Part shown: positions 12,850 to 25,480 of the stretch, one piece after another | Layout of the letters: each line of letters begins with the position of its first letter | Numbering within the stretch: position 1 is the stretch's first letter | DNA from: Klebsormidium nitens | Lineage: Eukaryota; Plantae; Klebsormidiophyceae | NCBI GenBank assembly: GCA_000708835.1 | Contig: DF237447.1 | Coordinates: 4,042-68,041, forward strand | Reading direction: 5' to 3' | Length of the DNA stretch: 64,000 bases | Position numbers and translations under genes: made by a program | Notes under the pieces: generated by a model | Seen by the model: only the letters and a program-made list of their open reading frames with translations | What the model was told of the DNA's origin: nothing | Databases searched by the model: none

Positions 12850-15800
12850 TGATGTTTTTCGCTAGATAGTATGCCGAACCGCCAGACTGACGCGACCGCG
12901 ACCGGCTTCCTCCTTGTTCGATGTCGAGGGGCTGACGGACTGACCAAACACCACCAAACGGACAAAGGAAATGCATGGAGAGAAGCTTTTGGGACAGAAC
13001 GGTATCACGTCTCGACGTCTTCAAGTTGCGGCGTCAGGAGAGTCGGACAAAAGGCACACTTTTGAGTCTTTTGTCCGCGAGTAAAGAGCGGCCGGAGTTC
13101 AATAAGACCGGAGAGAGAGGCTTCAAGAATTACAGGAATTGCCCGGTCAAAGGAATATTGATTTTACGGGGACTCAAGTTTTGCCACTTCAGGCAAAGCT
13201 CCGTCTACGTTACCGAGAAAATGAGGAGGAACTCACGATTCGACGACTTTGAGCGGAATCCCTCGAGCAGGACCGAGGACCATTTTTCTACAACGGGAAT
13301 ACGTAGCGCAGTCCACCAACTTTGGCAAACGCTCAAGGCAGGGACGAAGCAACTAGAGAAAAGCGGCTGGTTAGCCAGCTGGCAGTTGGACGCTCTCGTC
13401 TGAAGCGCTTGGTAGCAAAAATTCTGTCAGCAAACACGCAAGCTTCTATGTCAGTAGTTCAGCAGAATTAGAAAGCTTGGGGCCGGCTCTATGTAAAGAA
13501 GAGAAAGTGCGTTGGGCCAGGAGTTACCTGCCCCAGTCGTTGACCTTCCTGACCGGCAGAGACTAATAGAGTATAGGGGCGGCTCTGAAACCAAAAAACA
13601 AACCAAAAAATGGGCTTCGGGGAGATCCGCCCAGTATCTCGTTTGCATCGTCTTGGCCGCGAGTGAGCTTTTCAGTACGAAAGCTTCACCAAGCAGCTGA
13701 AAAGAAACGCTTTTTGGTTCGAAAGGATGCGAAGAAAGGAATAATTTGAATGTCGATTGCGCATGAACGAGGTACAAGGTTCAAATGGAGCAACCTGCCT
13801 GATTGCGCAATTTGGTAGTCGAGAAGCGGAGTCAAGCTAGGCACGTCAAATGCATTAGAGCAAGATGGGGGCCAAAGCTGCTCCAAAAAAAGCGGTTGTC
13901 TTCAGCAAATACGATTTGGGTGAGGAGGATTTCCCACGGTGTTCTCGTCCCGGCCAGGCCCGGAAGGAGCGGAAGATGGATAAACACAGTAGCTGCCCCG
14001 AAAAACAGTCCGGCCAGTTCCACGCACACAATGGCGGACGCTCCTAAACCACAATCCAAAGGTGCGAAGAGCATAATTTGAAACATGATCAACGCCTCGC
14101 CTTGACAAAATGAGGGTCCTTGGATCTCAGTCGCTCATGCACAATAACGACCATGTGGTCGGTAGGCCTATAACACAGCATCCGACTACAGGCCGGGTAT
14201 TCAAGAGCTGGGCATGTCCCAAGGTGCCCAGACGCCCTTCTTATCCTTGCCGCCTGAGAACGGGAAACGACCCAGAAGCACTGGGCTAACAGGTCAAGAG
14301 AGACTTTTGCAATCACATTGGTGTCAGCAGACGCACAAATGCTCAATAGCAGGAAGGCGCAAGGACGCAGGGGCGACAGAAGGCGGGTCGTTGACCTGAA
14401 ACCATCGTGCAAACATGTTCAAGACCTTATATATGCTGGCTTCCCTCAGGACGAGGAATTTGGCCTTCCTTCTGTAGAGTCTCTGCATCAGGATAACGAC
14501 GTTGCATCATGATAACTACGTGTGACACTTTGGAAATGCAAGTGTGCACCGCGCGTCACGACCGTCCAGCGCACAAACCACTGCCACGACGGCGAGTTCC
14601 GCCCGATGCTGGCGGCAGCCGCAATGTTCTGCAGTAAGCAGAAGTGGGCGCTGGAAAGTTGAATGGAGTCAGGCCAAAGAAGCTGGAGCGCCACACGCAT
14701 TTTCACAGATCCGCTGGGGCGCCTACAGCCACGGCCAGCTGAACTTGGCAGCCCATATCTGGCCATTTTGTATTGCCGTTTCTCGTGCCGTCAACAAACT
14801 CCCATTACCTTCGAGTTTCGGCTCTGAGCAAGCGGACTCTAAGTTCGAAATGCGGAGGAATTGGACCGACGTCATGGCCTGATCATGCAGCTCACGTACA
14901 GCTTCACCAAATACAAAACGATCCGCTTGAATGCCCTTTCGAACCTGTCAAGCACAGGATTCAAAACATTGTGACAAGTGTTCCTGAGCGATCAAGGTTG
15001 ACCTGATTATGGCCATGAAAAACAATGGACATCTTGAAGAATCGAGGGGTCCCCCTTTCGAGAACTTGTAATGGAGGAGAAAGGTGTCCGCAGGACGACC
15101 CCGCAACGAATTGCCACAGAAGATAATCTGGAAAGACACCACGTTGTGGGCATCCGGGCATCCCGTGCGACGCCCAAAAACTCAGCGCGGGGAGGAGGCC
15201 AAACTCCAACAAAATATGCAAGCTCCGAAACCGAAGTCGTTTGTACTCAAGGCGCACATGGGAATTGCGGGGATCCGCGGCACCAGAGCGTCTCACAGGT
15301 GGTTGAGTCGATCCCTTAAGGCGCTATCCTCCTTGTCACCAACTACCTGATTTGTAGCAGGTAACCAAAGAGAAACAAGTTCGTACACTTGGGATTGTCA
15401 ACCGACTTTCCTCAGATTCGGTTATCCGTCGAGAACAACTTGAGCTAAGCCCACGATTCCTTGGAATCTCCACATCGCCCTCAGAACCGGAGCCTTTTAA
15501 CGGTGCCAACTTGAATTGATTGAAGATTTGACGGCAACGACAAGCAAAAGGCCGACATTAGCGGGACTCGACTGTTTGAAAACATGCTGAAACCTGAAAG
15601 ACGCTTTAAGCACTCCCATGCCAGCATACGTGAGGATCTTGGTGAATCTTCAATGACCGGAATCCGGTAGATTTGGAGCACCAAGAATGTGTAAGGAAAG
15701 AAAAACTTACCTAAGCGGCCAAATTATCTAGAACAAACTTCAGTTTGTCACTGCTTTCGAGCCTATTTGAGAGTCCCTGCATCTAGACAGTTTTTCGTTT

Positions 15801-16450
15801 GTGACCTGTAGACGGACAACCGACCTCCGAAGAGCTCATAAACGAGCAGCTATAGCTAGATGGGCCTTTCTCCGAATGACGAGTTTCAACAAAGACGAGC
15901 TGATCATTTTACGGTGAGACTCCAAACGTGGACTTTTCAAAGAGCATTAGCAAAACAGACTCTTAACGGGACGCTTTCGAAACGCGACGTCGGCGAACGA
16001 ATAATCGGTAGAAGGCAAAAGACCAGGGCTTATGTTGTCGCACTAGGACAGAGGCCTCTTCAGCGATTCCGCAAAGACGCGGGCAAATTGACGAGCGGAG
16101 TTTTCATCGATGAACTGTCAGGGTTGAAGGTTTGAGACGTACGGGCTCGGATATTCGGCACAAACCACCTTGGGCCCGGTGTTGTCTTGCCCAGGTGTAC
16201 GAGCGTCCTGGCCGGCAAGGAGTTACCTTTGAGGCTGCGGGAATATTCTTCCGCACTTGTTGACTATGTAAAGATTCTTGTTGACCTTTTAAAGGTCCAA
16301 GAAACTCGCAGTCCAGGCAAAGCCGATGGAAAAAGGGAAGTCGCAGGCGCGTGTCCTGTATGGAGTCAGCAATTAGTAGCAAGTATAAATGCGGCGCTAG
16401 TGATTCCCTAAGCCTCAGACTAGTTACTATGCATCATCTATATGCGGGTC
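12850..16450 (-). pseudogene. Additional long-type paralogue between the two copies of duplication A
   Basis: Shares GAGTATAGGGGCGGCTCTG (13569 vs 10023), AATGGGCTTCGGGG (13609), the GKD motif (about 14228), the GHD motif (about 14875) and the 5' GQD motif (about 16205) in the same order as 9.4-12.7 kb. Confidence 0.75.
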
Positions 16451-16649
16451 TGCATTAGATGCGCCTTGATTGTTGCTTCGGCTGATGACAAGCCGACCGC
16501 TGCAAACGGTTTAGACACGGCACCAAACGGACGCGGGAACGTCGAGGACAGCAACGCAAGAGGGACAGGGGCGACAAGAAGAATCTTTGACCTAGTAATG
16601 GGCAGGCCGGTGAGCAAGCGAATGATGGAGAAGAAATATCCTACCGGTC

Positions 16650-19600
16650 ATAATGAAAGTGGCCAGCCAAAGAGCGGACTTTAATGAGACTAGAGAGAAA
16701 AGCTTAAGGTTCAGATAAGGCCATGTCAGAATAAGGATGTTGATTGTGAGGGGGACTCAAGTGTGTCCATTTCATGCAAAGTTTATCACGTCACCGATAA
16801 AAGGAGGAGGGCAACTCGACGAACTTGAGCAGAGGACAGCTGTTCAGCGACGGATTACGCAAGACTCTGACCAAGTCGGCAAACGCTCTAAGGCGGGGTC
16901 AAAGCAACTGAATGATATGCGGCGGAGTAGCCGGCTGGCAGGTGGACGGCCTCGTCTCAAGGGCTTGATAGCAAACACACTGTCAACGAACGTGCACAAT
17001 CTTCTTTGTGAAGAAGAGAAACGGGTTTGGTGCCCTGCCAGGTGTGGGGGGATCCGCCCAAGCTCTGGTTTGCACCGTCTTGGCCGGCTGGGAAGTATTG
17101 GGGCCATGAGAGCTTCAACAAGCTTTTGCAGCTTTGAAGGAAAGCCTTGTGGTCTAAATCGCCTGAGAGGATGCAGGTAAAGTGGTCAATACAATGTCAA
17201 GCTGCGCATGCATGAACGAGGTGTAAATGTACGTGAGGTTCAGATCAAGCTACCTGCCTGATTGGGCCAACGAGTCGGTTCTCAAGAAGCGGAGTTAGAA
17301 CGTCGAATATTTCATGCATAAGAATGAAGACGGAGGTCGGAGCTCCGGAAAAAGCGGTTGGCTTCAGTGGAAAAAGAGCGAGAATGAGACTCAATATCTC
17401 ACGATGTTTCTGTCCCGGCCAAGAAAGAAGCAGACGACGGAGTTCAAAACACATCGTAGGTGCCTCAAACGACGATCCAGTCCCACGCACACAAATGACG
17501 AGATCCTATACCACAACAGAAGATTGAGAAGATCGTAGTTGAAAACCAAATTAATGCCTTGATTGGCGTGACCGCAAAATGGGCCAGCTTGAATCCTCAA
17601 ATCGCTCATGCACATAACGACTAGCTACATGGTAGGCATGGTAGGCCTTCGACGTTATCCGACAACTTAAGAGGCTGATGCCACACACGTCTGTTGCCAT
17701 CGTTTGCATCAAGTGGCTTGAAACGCCCAGTGCGTTCACCATTGCAACCGTTGGCGTCACCACTACGATTTTTTTCTGCGTAGGTGCCAATCCATTTAAG
17801 ATTCAAAGCCACAGCCGTCTCGAGCAAACCGCTGTTTGATTCTAGCAGCAGCACAAGCTTACGGGGGAACGACTCATCCAGTTTACCAATCTGAAGATCG
17901 ATTCGTTCAGATGACCTTGCGAAGGAAGAGCTGGCAGCATAAGCAAAAGGATAGAGAACTGGGCAGGCCAAATGGTGCTCAGTCGCTTGTCGCTCGTTTT
18001 TTCCTTGTCGCTCGGAAGCAGAACGGTGAAAGCACCGGTACAGATCAACGGGTCGGTCAAACGAACGTCGGTACGAATGTAAGCGCAGACAACCAGATAC
18101 GACAACCAGATACGACAGTGGGGTACACTCCAAATGGCAGCTCCGATAAGCTGGCGCTTGCCTCGGAGCTAAGCTTTGCAACATGTGGAGCTTATCGTGG
18201 CCACCGGCTAGTGAGCACTACCGTGAAGTTGACCCGAAAAATAGATAAAACAGATTACTAGGACGTTAGGTGCCATATCCGTTTACCTGCATGGTGAACC
18301 TAGGTCTTCCTGTCCTTGCGTCTAAGGCTAGGCCGATAAACAAGCCGAGAATGGACGCACCAACGTTAGGCAATGGTATTGTAAGAATATACGTATGCAT
18401 ATCAAGACGGCGCAAGAAAATGAACCGGATGGAGGGGCGTCAGTGGCGTAGCGGCTACGGTTAGCCTGCCATAAGACAGGCTCCGCTGTAACCCTGTCCA
18501 ATGAAAGCAGCCTTTATCAGACCAATGGTCATAACAAAGATAACGTTCTGCTTCGTTCTCATTGATGACAAACCTGCAGCTTCAGCCTGCAAATCTCTTG
18601 GGTGCGGGCAATTCAATCTTAGCCGGCGGCCGCATCGCTAGTCGTTGCCGCGCTCCGCGCTTCCTGGAAAGTCCTGGATCGATCCGTTGCGTTCCAGCCA
18701 GTATGCGAGGGGCCGGAAGATTTTGTCTCTTCACTACCCGTCGAAGCCGGATGCATCGAAGAACTCAGAAACCGTAGACGAGGCGTTCCCACCCTGGCAT
18801 GTGAAACGAGGTCGGAGGGGATTCAGGCCGCTACGAAAGAGCGCCCAGAAGATGCTCCGTAGAGAGTCAACCCCGGCCACCAGTTTTACGAAAATGGCCA
18901 GCCGATGAGAAAAGGTCGATGCGACCGGAGAGAAAGACTCGAAGTATAGTTAAAGACCAGGTCACAGGGATGTTGATCAGCAACGCGGACTCAATTCTGT
19001 CCAACCAAGCAAAGCTTTCTTTCAGGTTACCCACACAGAGACGATTCAAGACTCGACGAAGTTGAGCGGGCTCCCTCGAGCAGGACAGAGGACAGCTGTC
19101 CAACAAGAGAGATGTACATAACACGAGACTCTGACCAAGTTGGTAAACGATCAAGGCAGGGACATACTTGCGCAACTGGACAAAATGCGGCCGACTAGGC
19201 AGCTGGCAGCTGAACTCTCATCTGAAGCGCTCGACAGCAAGCACACTTCATGCTCAACGTCGAACACACAAGCTTCTTTTTCAACAATCTCGGCATGGTG
19301 AAGAGCTTGGGGCCGGCTCGTTGTCAAGAAGAAAAGCAGCGTTGGGCCTGCCCAGGTGTTGCGTCGTCCTGGCCGACAGAGAGCTTAAGGGCTATATCAC
19401 AGTATAGGGGTGGCTCTGAAACCGATAAAAAGGGCCGAAAATGGGCTTCGGGGAGATCGCCCAGGTTCTGGTTTGCATCGTCTTGGCCGGCAGTGGGCTT
19501 TTGGGGCCACAAAAGCTGTAACAAGCAGCTGTGAAAGAAACCTTTGTGGTAAGCAGTTTCAGAGGGCGCGAGGGAAGCAATCAATACAATGTCAAGCTGC

Positions 19601-22100
19601 GCATGAAAAAAACACAAGGTTCAAAGCGTGATTGGGGCAACCCATAGTCTAAAAAGCGGCGGAGTCAGGCACGACAGACATTTTGCATTGGAGCAAGATG
19701 GGGGTCGAAGCTGCTCCAGAGAAAAGCGGTTGGCGTCATGGACGAAGAGCAAGTGAGACTGAATATCTCACGATGTTTTCGCCCCGGCCACGGAAGAAGC
19801 AGACGAAGAAGAATACACACCGTAATTGCTCTACAAGAGGACCAAGTTCCACGCACTTAAACAAGGGGCGATTTCAAAGGACAACCTAACGATGAGACGA
19901 GCATGATTCGAAACATGAGATCAACGTTTCAAATAGACACGTACGTACCATGTTGACGTAGACCTGTAACACTCTCTACTGATTACTCACGAAGATCTTG
20001 CCACCCATAATTGTTGCCACCTTTTTCATCCAGTACTAGGAAAGGTTCCGCGTGTTCACCGTTGCTTCAGCTGGCACCACTGACTTTTCCCCCGATATAT
20101 GGCTCCACCGCAAGATGATCGAAGCGACTCTTGCCGGGAAGCAAAAAGATACTCAAAGCAGGACAAGCTCGACTCGGGATACAGATGGGCGCTATTCTGA
20201 AAGTCCAAACCAGAAGCGCACAAAGATGGACAAGTGGCAGCATCCGACTATACAGAATATGCAAACCAGAGCTGGGCACGTTTAACGGTGCCCATACGCC
20301 TTTCTTATCCTTGCCGCTTGAGAATGAGGGAGACATCCAAAGCACGAAACAATCAAGTTGATGGACGTCTTCTGCATTCAAATCAGGGTCACCAGACGCA
20401 AAAATGCTCGTAGCAGGGCTGGGCGAGACGTTAGTGGAAAATAGAGGGTCAATATCTTAAGATCGTCACAAACATGCCCAGACGATCTCCGTTAACATTA
20501 CCTAGTACGAATAAACTGACCTTCGCTTGCAAAGACTCTGCATCAATCAGAACATGCGACACTTTCAAAGGCAAGTATGTGCCATCACGTCGCGGGTAGC
20601 CTTTCTCTAAGCATTAGTATCTGTTGAATGTTCGTGTGCCGTCCACAAGCTCTCGGTACGTTCGAGTATCGGCTCCGCCACTCATACTTCCATGCACTGC
20701 ACAAAGCGCAGGAAGTGGCTTTAAGTCATGGCCGGATCATCCCAAGTCGAGTACACTCTAACCACTTTCTCACAAAACAGTCCGTTCAAATGCTTTCTGT
20801 ATCTTGTTAAGCACCGGCTGCGACAGATACCGACGGTTTTCTATGAGCAAAGCTCAAGATGACCTCGTCCTGGCCGAGCGACAATAGACATCCTATAGCC
20901 CTTCGAAAGTTGGGCTCCCCTCTCGGGAACTCGTATAGGTGGATGAAGTGCTCCGCAGAAAGACTCCGCAAGGAGGCGCCACAGAAAAGTTGTGAGAAGG
21001 CGCACATTTAATTTCTTAATCTGCGGCGTCAGATCGTCTCGACCGGTCTTTGAGCTCCCTCAGAGTCAAGGCGCTGTACTCCTCGCCACCAATCGACTGG
21101 AGTGTAGGAGGCATTCGAAAGGAACCCAAGTGTACGGTCAAGAAAATGTTCAAGGACCTTGCAGCTTTGAAATCACCACTCGCCTCCTGAGCTGGCCCAA
21201 GTATTCATTATTGCAGTGACACTTCATAGGAACTACAAGAAGCTGTTCCGCTGAACATCTTAATGGTGCTAGTGACAAAGCAGACGACCGGATATCGAAG
21301 GGACTCGAAAGGCTGAGGGCATTCTGAACCTATCTAAGCACTCCCGTGAAGGATAGGCGAGGAACCTTGTGAACCTTAAACGGCGTGGGTCCGGTTATTC
21401 TGGGGCACCAAGACATCTGACAGACATGCGCGTCTTTAATTAATTGCCCGGGCTAAAGTGCCGAGAGATTGGATTCTATTAAGCCCTTTTAAACTTGTAC
21501 TCGCATGGTCAAGGCGCCCAGCCTCAAAAAAGCACTCAACCTCCACGGAGAATCGACCTTAAAATAAGTTCAGAGAAACGGGTGGCTTCAACTCAGCCAT
21601 ACTTCAGGTAGTTCGCTCAAACGAAAATGATCTGGTTGTCCCTCCAACTTAAGATCTGGAAAATGGAGAGTTAAATGCATTCGCAGAAGTTTCTGGTTTC
21701 TGACGCGACGTTTTTCAAACGTGACGTCAGTGAACGTACTCACAGAAGCATGCAAACGCGAGGGCAGTAGCTTGTGCTGTTGAATTGGGACGGAAGCGTC
21801 TTCAGCGCATTTATCAGCAAAGACTCGAGCAAAGAGAAGAACGGATCTCCTTTCGTGATTGGACACAGTTGACATTCTGAATCGGGCTCTGAACTCTTGA
21901 GACCACAATCGTTGGGCTCGGCTTTAGCTGCCCAGGAGTCGAATCGTCCCGGCCGGCAAGAAACTCAGGGTCTCCGAAGGGTTGTTGCTAATACTTTTAA
22001 TGTACGTCGACCTTCAAGAGTTCCGGAGTTAGGGACAGCCGATGGATAGACGGATGTACTTTTACGAGTCAATAGAGGCAAGAATAGTGCAGCGCTACGA
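16650..22100 (-). repeat. Segmental duplication A, copy 2
   Basis: Same anchors as copy 1. It has private lesions such as a 13-bp tandem duplication GACAACCAGATAC at 18088-18113. Confidence 0.85.
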
Positions 22101-24339
22101 TTCCTCAAACTTCAAGTGCGTCACGAGCACGGACCTTCATTAGACTCGCCTTGCGAAACTTAAAAGACGCGAAAGACTGATTTCCAGAAGGTGCCGTGAA
22201 TATGAAACCAAGCTTTACTGGCGAAGTTGCCCTCCCCAGGTTAGTAGGTTACAAGGGAAACCCACTTGTACGTTAAGAAGTTCTGCATTTCGGTTTCACG
22301 GGGTTCCGGCTTCAGAAACATTGCTGGCGCTTCGGAGCAGTTGACAACTCGAGTGATTGATTTTGAACATCTCAAGAAAGATGCTTTTGTCACGGCCATG
22401 TCCGGAGGAGGAACACAATTTCAATGCAACTGCTTAGAAGCACGACTGTCATGGGCACGTACACGTGATACGCGGCGCTCTTAAACTCGAAACTTTCAAA
22501 CCAGGAGAGCATTGCCTAAAATTTTCAGCGCTCGAGCAGCTCGGGGGTTCAGGCCCGCTCGTGGCTAACAGCGCGTGCTCCTTTGCATATGTGTGGACGA
22601 CTTCTGAATCTGTTTACGAACCAACCATAGCCCGCACCTCACCTTTGCGACTTTGCAAAGGCGCAAGAAAAGGCAGCGCATCCAAAACGTGTAAGGTCGG
22701 ACGGCCGCGCTTCTGGACGACACTCGCGCTTTTACTTTTGGAGCGCCCCGCATGAGATACAATACAGGCGCCGTCACATACTTCAGCAGTCTCTACACTG
22801 TCGCGATATCAGCAATCAAATGCAGGGTGGCCGTGCTGGCAGCAACCGCATAAATCAAGATATGGATCCGTCACAATCTGCCACGTAAGCTGGTACCGTG
22901 GGAGTTCGAAGTTCCAGTCTCCCACGATTGTCGCATAAAGCAGAAGCAAGCTGAGCCCGGTCGCAGCTCCACGTAGAGAACCAAAGTTTGCGCAAAGCGC
23001 AAGACGTAAACTTACATCATGGCCGGGCGATGCGAAATCTACGAAATAGCACGAGACATGATAACTTCCGGCTTTGAAAGGGTAGCAGCTTCTAGGTGCG
23101 CGGCATCAGCGATTTCACCGAGCTTTTGAGCAGCCCCGAGGCGCCCATTGTTTCGTCACCAAAAAAGTGAGGTGCAACTACTCGTGCATCTCGTCAAGGC
23201 CGTGCTGCGGTGACGGCGGGTGCGTCTCCAAACGTGTAAGAAATCGATTGGTACGTCATCCAAGGCAAAGAAGAAAAGCACAAACGGAGTGGAAAGACCT
23301 TGTTTGGGCGGTCTGTAGCCGAAAGCGCGGTTCTTCTATCAACAACATTACCGCCAGGGTACAAGGGTCTACAGCCAATGATCAAACATATGGATTTCAG
23401 GCATGGACGATCTCTAGACAGTAAAGTGCCGGAAATGCCAGACTGACCCGCGACGCGACCGCTCGCCTCCTGTGTTGGGGGTGAAGGGCCTGCCGGACGA
23501 CTGACCAAACACGACCAACCGGAAGAAGAAAATCCTGGAGGGCAGCTTTTAGGACAAGACGGTAGAACGTCTAGACGGCTTGAGGCATCAGAGGGTCAGA
23601 CGACTATAACTGGGTAATAATTGTGTACCCGACATGAGCTCCCTCCGCATCCTTGCCACTTTACATCAAACAAGGATTTCAAGCCGTCTTTCTCGCGACG
23701 AAGGTGGCCGCAGAGCAGATGAAAATTGCGGTGTGGAACGGCGGAGCCAGACTCGTGCAAGCAAGGCGAGGGGACTTGGGATCAACCAAGGGATGAACGC
23801 CCCCCGTAAATTTGACGAAGTCGACGACAAAAAGGAGACTTGAACGAGAAACAGATTGTTCGGTGCAGAACTCAAAGTAGGTCGTGAAAGCACGCATGGT
23901 GTGGCTGCGTGTCTCAAAGAGCGAGCTATCAAAACTTGTAACCAGGCAACTGTCTCGGGGCGTTGCATGCTTGGCATCTGGGCATTAATCAACACGGGTT
24001 CTAGCAATGGTTTGGACCGGAAAACGGACAGCCGCCATCAAATGGAAGAAAATTGGCTGTAGCGCTCGCCAAAGTCTCTATCGACAGGTGAGCACAAAAT
24101 GTACTTCCAAGAGTGGCGCGCTTTTGAACACACGCAAAACTACCGTACCTGATACTTGATCTGCAGTAACACTTTCACGTGCGACTGTGTCTTAGCAGCC
24201 ACTTCATCGTACGTACTCTCAGTGGGGTGAATCCCGCTCAAAACCCGTCACCTCATCAGTCGTGATCCAACCGAGCTTTGTGATATCTCTTGAGAAGGTA
24301 TGCCTCAAGACAAGAGGCGAACCTTGGACCTACAAAAGG

Positions 24340-25480
24340 CCCGTGGCTTACCTTAGCGGTGATGGCACGCCGTCCTAATAAGAGGCCCGGCCGCCCGCAC
24401 AGAACCCTATAGCGCAATGGCTCGGGACAGGTCCGTTGAGTGGATTGTGGAGAACGCAACTGACAACAAAGAAAAGTGCGGCAGAATATTACTTTGACAT
24501 TATTGCTGTTGACAATCATTAATGGATCAGCATGGACTGGCGTCGTACTCCCGCGTGTGAAATGCGCGCGCTCTCTTTTCCGTCTTGATAGAGCTGATGA
24601 AAAAGCGCAGGAGTTGCTCTGCCGATGCGAACACCCAAAAACACGAGAGCCTGAGATGCTACGACGTTTGCCCCAAGATTCAGATTTTGCCCGGATTCGG
24701 ACTTGCGACATGGCCAATGGACATTTCCGTGTCATTTCGAAGCCACGTGGCACCACGAGAGCTCGACTTTCCGCACGTGGCGACCCGATACCGAGGTTTT
24801 CACATAAATCGTCATCAGATATTAAAGCTTGGTGATTTTGTGCATCGGCTTCGGTACGTCCACCTGCAATCGCCTATGAGCAGGTTCCTTGAGCAGGCAG
24901 CTCAAGGAACGGACCTCATCATGGCCTTGCAAATTTTAGCATGCACTAGCGTGTAATAAGCACACAATTATATCCATCTTCCTGTCCAAAGCATCGAGTT
25001 TACGGACCCGCCAAAAGACGTCTGAGAAACAAGTTGAATTAACAATTGGCTATGTCAGACCCCCAGACCTGGGCAAGCCAATCGCTGCCCATAAGCCCAT
25101 CTCATCCTTGCCACTCGGCGATTTACACCAAAAGCACGGGGTCCATTTGATGTCCTGGTAATCCCTGTAACAACAGCGCTGAAAGCTAAATCAGGAAGTA
25201 TCTGACCAATGGTGACTTGCAGCAAATATCCGGTGGGTTTTGAAGGGCGGACACGGCACAAGAGGGGATGATACTCGCGCACTTCACCAGCTGACCGCAA
25301 AAATCAAAAATCAAAAGTAAAATGGATCCAAGCCGACGTGTTCATGACGGCAAGCAAGGATTCCTTTGCCTTGAATCACGAACCTGTAAATGCTACTTGT
25401 CACCAGGCATTGGCTTCGCCAAGAATAAATCTCGTCATGAGCAAAGTTCAAGGAGATCATCATCATGGCCGTGCAAAATT
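24340..25480 (-). repeat. Duplication C, copy 1 (partner at about 33780-34970)
   Basis: Same order of a splice-donor block (24347/33781), GTGGCGACCCGAT.CCGAG.TTT (about 24777/34229), GHDE-type (24916/about 34353), GKDE (25102/34544) and GHDD/E (25460/34953). Offset about 9.4 kb. Confidence 0.7.

Noticed and set aside
10889-18113. Micro tandem duplications (AAAACAGAAACGC twice near 10890, GACAACCAGATAC twice at 18088)
   Set aside because: Ordinary slippage lesions in pseudogenes.
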